The position numbers and the translations under genes were made by a program. Shown here piece by piece: positions 56,107-64,000 of a stretch of 64,000 nucleotides of DNA; the first letter of the stretch is position 1, and every line of letters begins with the position of its first letter. Below the pieces are notes generated by a model. That model saw only the letters and a program-made list of their open reading frames with translations, made no database searches and had not been told where the DNA came from. Location: assembly GCF_009914755.1 (NCBI RefSeq), contig NC_060941.1; one strand, written 5' to 3'. This DNA comes from the human T2T-CHM13v2.0 reference genome, Homo sapiens.

Positions 56107-58695
56107 AGAAAACAGATCTGGTGGCGCTGCTGAGTGTCAAACCCTGGAGCCCATCATCAAGACGTTATACTGGTGGCAGTTCTGCTGTGAGTGCACTTGC
56201 CGAATTGAACAGAGCCAGAGCTGCGTGGAGAGAGAGCTGGCCACTCTGCACGCGCGCAGCCAATATTGGGTTACCAAGGAGCTCAACACCTGGTTTTTAG
56301 AAAAAAACACTTCTCTCTTTAACTCTGGTTTGAGTCAGTATTCTGATTTGCTTCTGAAAGTTAGTTGAAATCCATCGAGATGTCTTTCACAAGAAAGGGA
56401 TTAGACTTTCCCGTCTTGGAATTCCAATCAAGATAATACTTAATCTTTCCTTAACCCCCACTGTGTACTTCCTAACTCACAGTCACAATGGATGAAAGTA
56501 TTCAAGCATCTTCAAATGACCATTACCCTGCATTCTAAGACGATTTGCCTACTTAGACGTCCTTTAGTAACTGCAAATTATATTTTTTCAAGTTCGTTTG
56601 CCAGCTGGCTTCAGATCAGGTTCAGTCAATGAAAACTGGTGTGTAGGAAATTGGCCGGTGCCCAAAGAGTAACAGTTAGGTTGTTCCTCCTCCTTTGCCT
56701 CTGCTATGGGTGACATCTACACCATTACCTGTCCTCTAAGTGGTTCTAGCTTCCATCAGGGAATGCTGGCTCCTTGTCTTTAGTAGCTTGACCTTCCCCC
56801 TTTATACTTTCAACCTGTTTCTGATTATAATTTGACTTCTCATATAATCAGAGGGAGACAATTTACTGATTTCAATCAATTACTATTCTCTATATTTTAT
56901 TTATCATACTATAAGACTGCATTTTATGTGTGTTTTAAGCATGATTCAGCCACTCAAAATTTGACAAGAGCAGCATTGGTATCTTCCAAAAGGAAGGTCA
57001 AATCCTGCTGTGTGGTAAACTAATTACCATAAGATCTACAAACTACAGGCTTAGGGTTTTACTTTGATGACTGTTATTTTTATAATTCTGAGTATCAGTG
57101 TTCAACATATTTGATGGCTATCCTCATCAAATGATCCTAATTTATTTATTCACTAATTTATGTACTCTTTGAAAATATGTATTGACATCTTCTGTATCCC
57201 TGTCCTCATACATCTCTCAGTTTTGTTGCAACAGAGGAAAGAATATGGTGAAACAAGGAGTTGGCCCCTTCTTGACAACTTGTGCAGACACAAGTGCTTT
57301 GAATGGGGAAGAGACTGGGAATGCAATTTTCTTAGTGTGGTGAGCTATTCTGCAATATTATAACAGATTCAATATCTAAAGAGCTGCAACTCAAAATGAA
57401 TAAGATAAATTGAAGTGTTGTGATTTAAGTGCAAATTAAACTCTCAAAAACATTAAAATACAGGTTTTGCCTGTAATTAACAAAGCAAAGAGAGAGTGTA
57501 AATCTTATGCAGCAATTAGATTGGTCCATGGTAAAACGGAGGTAGCTGGTAATTTATTTTTCTATGTTGGGGAAGAAATTTAAAAACAAATATAGTAAAC
57601 AGCAATTAATGTTTTATGATTTGTAAATAAAGTTATATTTTTAAGATTGAAGCCTCTCTTACCATTCTCAAAGAGCCATTTCAAGCCTTGAATCTCTCAG
57701 GGCTTCAGTCTGAATTATTATAACTTTCCAGTTTGAGAACATTTTTCATTTATTCAACACTTAAATTGTATGAGATTATATTTTCAGGAACAATTATGTT
57801 TATTTTTTATATGAAATAAAAGTGGACAAAATATTAACTGATAATTGTAAAAGTATTACAAGAAATACAAGGCATATTATAATTATGTGTCAATAAAAAG
57901 AGAAATGCCTGTAAAATTATAATAAATCATTCAAATATCTTAAAAGCAAAATGCATAAAATGTAGAATGTATATATTTTCATTTGAATGACCATTTTTTA
58001 ATTAAAAAAATAAAAGGATTCTTAAAACATTCAATTAGAAACTACGGATTTTCAGCTTTTCCCGATTCTATTAGAAATGTAAAACAAAATAAATTTAAAT
58101 TCAAAAACATGACAGACCCTTCATAATGTTTTCTCTGCCTACTCATTCCATGTCACTTCTAATTTCTCCCTCCATACAAAATATGTTGAAATCATACTAA
58201 ATCTTTGCCTTCTGTGCTTTTATTGTAACACACTCCATCATCTTTACAGTTGCAATTTTCTGTTCATATAATTTGCCTTCTTTCTTCCATTTTATGGCTT
58301 AGCATCTTTTTATCTTTCTTGGATCATCTAAGGTTTAGTTTTCTTGTGGAAATTTACATTGGCTGCACTTCCTAGATATTCCCATTGGGCGTTGATTTCC
58401 TCTTATAGCACTTCCTCCACTGCGATGTGTTGCCACACTAACTAACATAGCTAACCTGTTATACAGTAAGAACTGTTAGGAGAGAGTTAGGATAAAAAGA
58501 CTAAAGTGGGTAGAGTTAGGGTTTGGGTTACAATACTAGCTGTATCTTGATTTGCTAGCATAGCATACATACTAGTCAACAAGTATATATGTATTGAATA
58601 TACCTATAAATAAATCAATAATAACTTTTAAAACATAGACCTTTGGTTTGTATCTTATAAAAAGCTTCCCTAAAATGTATGAAAGGTCTCACTGA

Positions 58696-59034
<339 letters not shown>

Positions 59035-59194
59035 CCTTGCTCTGATCTTAGTCTTCTTAGGCTCTGGTCCTTAATATTTGAGAATGTCTGACAGGACCCG
59101 TGAATTTTATTTTTTAAAAATTGTATATGCCCAAAATTTGCATGCAGTTTGTATGGAATTTTGCAAAATGTATGGAAATCCTGAAGTCTGGCTT

Positions 59195-59501
59195 GTTTTT
59201 TTCTTTTTTTTTTTTTTGGCAGGGTCTCGTTCTGTTACCCAGACTGGGATGTGGTGGTGTTATCGTAGCTTACTACCTTGAACTGCTGGACTCAAGCAAT
59301 CCTCCAGGCTCAGCCTCTGAGTAGCTGAGATTAAAGGCATGTAACACCATGCCCAGCTTATTTTATTTTATTTTTTTCAGAGACAAAATCTTGCATTGTT
59401 GCCCAATCTGGTCTCAAACTCCTGTCCTCAAGTGATCCTCCTGTCTAGGCCTATTAATCCCAAAGGGCTGGGATTCCAAACATGAGCGGCTGTGCTCAGC
59501 C
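59195..59501 (-). mobile_element. Diverged Alu (AluJ-like)
   Basis: Poly-T, CAGGGTCTCG...GACTCAAGCAATCCTCC...CAAAGGGCTGGGATT...TGCTCAGCC. Confidence 0.85.
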
Positions 59502-59879
59502 TTGAGGTTCTGGCTGTAATCTGGCTGTTATTTATGGAAACAACAGAAGTTCTTGGTATTAGCAGCAGTCATTCTTCTTGAGAGAGTCACCCCACAAGAC
59601 TGAGATGAATATATTTAAGAACCCAAAATGAGGTCATTATGGCAGAACAGAATTGATAGTGCACATTAAAAGACATTACACACTTTGGGTGATTCAACTA
59701 AATCATAGTCTGAAATGCAGTTACAAAGTGGTAATGTTCAAAAGATCATCTATTAGTCAAAGTTACAAGGAAAGTCCTGGTTATGTTGGTAAAAATTGAT
59801 ATCTGTGATTATCCATCTTCAAATGATTTGTTAAATGTTTATTAAGATAAAAAAGTTACATTTCAAAAGTATTTATATT

Positions 59880-60390
59880 ATTTGTCAATTCCTCCATAAC
59901 AAATTATCCCAAAATAAAGTATAATAATAAAATTTAAAAAAAGATGAGAAACATATTCTTCACCACAGGAAAAAAAAAACAACCTTTATTATCTCAAAGT
60001 TTCTGTGGTGCAGGAATCTGGGCATGGCTTAACTGGGTCTTCCATTCAGAGACTCTCACAAGTTATAATCAATCTCACTCACATGCTTGATGGTGTATTC
60101 AGTACTTTGACAGCTGTTGTCCAGAATTCCATATAATGTGAGCCTCTTCGGTATGGAAGGTTTCTTCATCAAAATGTGCCAAGCCAAAAAAAAAAAAGCT
60201 ATTGAAAAGAGTCCAAGACAGAAGTCACATCTTTTGTCACCTAATCACAGAATCAACCTCTCATCATGTTTGCTGTATTCTATGCAACAGCAGCAAGCCT
60301 ATAGATCCAGCTGACACCCATGGGGAAGGTATTAGACAAGGGTTGGAATCCCAGGAGATGGAGACCATTAGAAACAATATTAATCTGCTG
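59880..60390 (-). mobile_element. MLT1-like LTR remnant
   Basis: CATAACAAATTATCCCAAAA...TTATCTCAAAGTTTCTGTGG...CAGGAATCTGGGCATGGCTTAACTGGG. Confidence 0.6.
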
Positions 60391-61334
60391 ATTACAGTAG
60401 TTTGCCAAAGAATCCTGAGATAATAATTCTGGGCTCAAAATTCTTATGAGGCACTGAGGCAGGACAATAAAGGAACAGAAAATAATACTATATTAATTTT
60501 AATGATTTATTAATACTAATATACTGGTATAATGTGCTAAAATAGTATACTACATTTTTGGTAATTTGTCCAGGAGTAATAGAAACAAATCCAAATATTA
60601 AATATCAAAGCATATTATAATTCTATGATAATTAACTCTGTAATTTAAAAAGTCTAATATAGGAATATACCAAAAAAGAAAGTTTTAAAAATATACTTTA
60701 TTTCCTAATATATCAAAATGGAGCCTTCACATATGAAATTAGTAAAATATTTTTGACCTAATAATTTCATTTTTAGCTTTTCTCTTAAGAAGTCATATTG
60801 TTTGCAAAAATGTTATGTACCAAGGAGTTTATAACATGCAGTTGTAGTCAGGAAAAATTTTAAATTAAAAATGTGCAATAAATATATGTAAAAACAGAAT
60901 AATATAGGCATCTAAATAGCCCTATATAAAAAGACAAACATAACATTACAAATTAGCATTAACCAAAAATATGCTCTGAAGTACATCCCTTGATTAAATT
61001 TACTTAAGTTTCTTTTGGAAAAAAATAAAAATAATTGTATTTGCTAGTAAGAGAAGGTAGAACATTATTTGCCCATTTGTTTTCAGAAGTAAAACAAGAC
61101 ATTTATGTTTTCAGAAGTAAAACAAATACAATATTTTCTAAGTAATAAGGTTGAGACAAGAAAAAAACAGCAATGAGTAAAAATGTCTATTTACATGCTT
61201 TTACAGGAAAACAAGACTTAACTACTTTCTTCCAAAAAAAAATTTAAGTAGAAATGTTATTGTTTTACTAAAAGTAAATACATTTTACATACTTCTCTCA
61301 TAATTTTAATCTGAAGTTCAGTTATGGTGATCAT

Positions 61335-61712
61335 ATTAGTCAGTGTTTTCCAGAGAAACAGAACCAACAGGAGAGAAAAAGAGACAGGGAGATGAAATAA
61401 GGCATTGTTTAGCATGATTATGGGGGAAAAGACGTCCCAAGATCTGCAGTCAGCAATCTGGAGACTCAGGAGAGATGGTGGCATAGCTCCAGTGTGAAAG
61501 CTGGCAGGTTTGACACTCAATGAAAGCCAAAGTTTCAGTTTGAGTCCAAAGGTGGGAAGAAACCAATGTCCCATCTCAATGCATTCAGGTAGGAGGAAGT
61601 TCCTTCTTACTCCTAGGAAATTCAGCCTTTTTATTCTATTCAAGATTTCCACTGATTGATGGGACCCACCCACATCATTGGGGAAGTCTACTTTACTCAG
61701 TCTATGAATTCA
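61335..61712 (-). mobile_element. MLT2-like LTR
   Basis: ATTAGTCAGTGTTTTCCAGAGAAACAGAACCAACAGG...CTTTACTCAGTCTA. Confidence 0.75.
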
Positions 61713-62026
61713 ATAGAGAAAAAGATATACATAAGCTATCATTTAAATTTTTAAAAAATCATTTCTAATCAAAATGTAGCATTTTAATTGTGTTTTTAGA
61801 GTTTTGTAAGTGTCCTTAATTTTTCAGCTTATTCTTAAAAAATCAATTTCACTTTATTCAAAATTCCCTTTTGGAAAACATTAAATGGTGGCCCATATAA
61901 TCTTAGACTTTACATGCTTTTTGATAAATATAACATTAAAAGTAGCATGTGTAGTAATTTAAATTACATATATAAGATGTACATATATTATTCTCCAGAG
62001 GAAATAAAACTGTTAAGAACTCTGAT

Positions 62027-62064
62027 TTAGTCAGGGTTCTCCAGAGAAACAGAAGTGATAGAAG

Positions 62065-62099
<35 letters not shown>

Positions 62100-62100
62100 C

Positions 62101-62133
<33 letters not shown>

Positions 62134-62281
62134 CAGAGAGCGAGAGAAGAAGTGAAGAGAAGACATTTATTAGGAGAATTGGCTTATCTGATTTCAGAGG
62201 CTAAGAAGTCTCATAATAGGCCATGTGCAAGCTGGAGAACCAAGAAAGTTGTTAGCATGGCTCAGTCCAAATCCAGAGGCC
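62027..62281 (-). mobile_element. MLT2-like LTR fragment containing a compound (TG)n(TA)n(GA)n microsatellite (62066-62140)
   Basis: TTAGTCAGGGTTCTCCAGAGAAACAGAA...GGCTAAGAAGTCTCATAATAGGCC...CAGTCCAAATCCAGAGGCC. Confidence 0.8.
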
Positions 62282-63377
62282 TTTCCAGACTTTACCACTA
62301 ATCAATACACTATATTTAGAAAGGTATCATAATAAGTCTCTATTTCAATTTAAAATTCTCTATTTTCAGAGACAATGAAGGACAAAGGGTCAAATTTTAC
62401 AATTATTGTGAAAAGAGATTATAGAGAAAGGGCCTGGATAATACCAAAAATAGAAGAAAGAACCATCCATCTGGGGCAGAGAATCAGCAGTGATATTACT
62501 TGAAATATGGAAATTAATAATATGTAAGGTTGAGTTTAAGATCTAAAATATAAAAGTTAAATTTAAATCTAACATATATGATTTAACTCTCTAGAATATA
62601 TCTACTCAATTATATGAAACAAGCGGGCTGATTCTCAATACTTTATCAATAATAAAGGTTTTTCCAAATAGTTTTGAAGAAATATCAAAGTGTCTAAAAA
62701 AAAAGCCTTAGACCATGAACCATAGAGAAAAAGACAAGGTTTGCCATGAAAAGTGAATAACCTTTTTATTTCCAGTTGTGATGTGTTGATACAAACCATT
62801 AGCACTTTCATTTCAGTGAATTATGCCAGTTCTTGCTTTACCTTGTCAAGATTATATATATGATTATATAAGCCAAACATGCTTCCAAGCTGTAACTCAC
62901 ACCAAAATAATAAAGACTGCGAATGAACGACTATATTTAATAAAAAACAAAATCATACACTTATTTTAGATTTGAAAATGTTTGGGCAATAGGTTAATTA
63001 GATCTCTTTTGAGTGTTTTGTTTGGGATGTGTGTGCATATGAATCTGAGTGTATGTCTTTGTGTGTGTCATCAGCTCAACCCACCTTGAAGAAAAAAATA
63101 TGATAAAATAAATAAATAAAATATATATTATCAGAATTCGGTACAGATAAAAAGTACAAAATTTGATGAAGATCTCTGTCTTGTTTATCATTACACAAGA
63201 AAGGAAAAAATTGGAATATAAGGCAAAAATTGTTTGTTCATACTAGCTACTTTTGAACACTGCTCTGCCCAACAATTTTGCATCCATTAAAATAAATATA
63301 AGAATCAAATATTTCAAAGCAATGCTATAAAATACTTGTATGTAGAAATTTGTTGATGCCCTCCTCAGCATCCTGTC

Positions 63378-63840
63378 CATGTCTTATTTTATATCAGCAC
63401 AATTCACAATTGCAAAAACATGTAACGAGCCCAAATGCCCATCAATAAGTAGATTAAGAAATTGTGATATAAAAAAATAAATATATGGGGATACTATTCA
63501 GCCACAAAACGAAAAAATAATGGGGATTCACAGCAACCTGGATGGAATCAGAGACTATTATTCTAAGTGAAGTAACGTCAGAATGGAAAACCAAACATCG
63601 TATGCCCTCGCTCGTATGCGGGAACTAAGCTATGAGGATGCAAAGGCATTAGACTACTACAATGGACTTTGGGGACTTGGGAGAAAGGGTGTGGGGCGTG
63701 AGGAATAAAAGACTACAAATTGGATAGTGTATACTGCACAGGTGTTGGGTGCATCAAAATCTCACTAATCACCTCTAAAGAACTTACTCTTATAATCAAA
63801 CACCACCTGTTCCCTAAAAACCTATGGAAATAAAATAAAA
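63378..63840 (+). mobile_element. L1PB-like 3' end
   Basis: CACAATTCACAATTGCAAAA...GAATGGAAAACCAAACATCGTATG...CACCACCTGTTCCC...ATGGAAATAAAA. Confidence 0.85.
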
Positions 63841-64000
63841 TGAAGAAATTTTGTGTATGCATACCACATATTTTTTAACTTTTTTCACAGGTTCATTGAG
63901 ATATAATTTATATATTATTTAATTCACTCATATAAAGTATAAAATTCAATTTTTTAGTGCATTAAGTGGGTGAATATGCAATCACCACAACATAATTCTA

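Overview
Primate (very probably human) nuclear DNA, with no conventional intact multi-exon gene visible. The main feature is a ~13.6-kb old nuclear insertion of mitochondrial DNA (NUMT, ~19401-32972). It runs ND6(part)-trnE-CYTB-trnT/P-complete control region-trnF-12S-trnV-16S-ND1-ND2-WANCY/OL-COX1-COX2-ATP8/6-COX3-ND3-ND4L-ND4(part), then switches via a 4-bp microhomology into an inverted second ND6 fragment, so the insert is bounded by a ~220-bp inverted repeat. Most OXPHOS copies are broken. Several small ORFs are nevertheless open in the nuclear code: a humanin-like ORF whose translation matches what I recall for MTRNR2L1/HN1 (suggesting the 17p11.2 NUMT, unverified), a SHLP6-identical ORF, a MOTS-c-like ORF with a new C-terminus, a full-length SHLP3 homologue, a CYTB alternative-frame ORF, and a complete ND4L that is open only in the nuclear code. 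The flanks carry the 5' half of an L1PA element, a twin-primed (5'-inverted) young L1PA inserted into a CpG-rich candidate first exon, older L1 3' ends, Alus/FLAMs, MLT1/MLT2 LTRs, MER1B and simple repeats. All comparisons with human mtDNA, peptides and repeat consensuses were made by eye from memory and need alignment to confirm.
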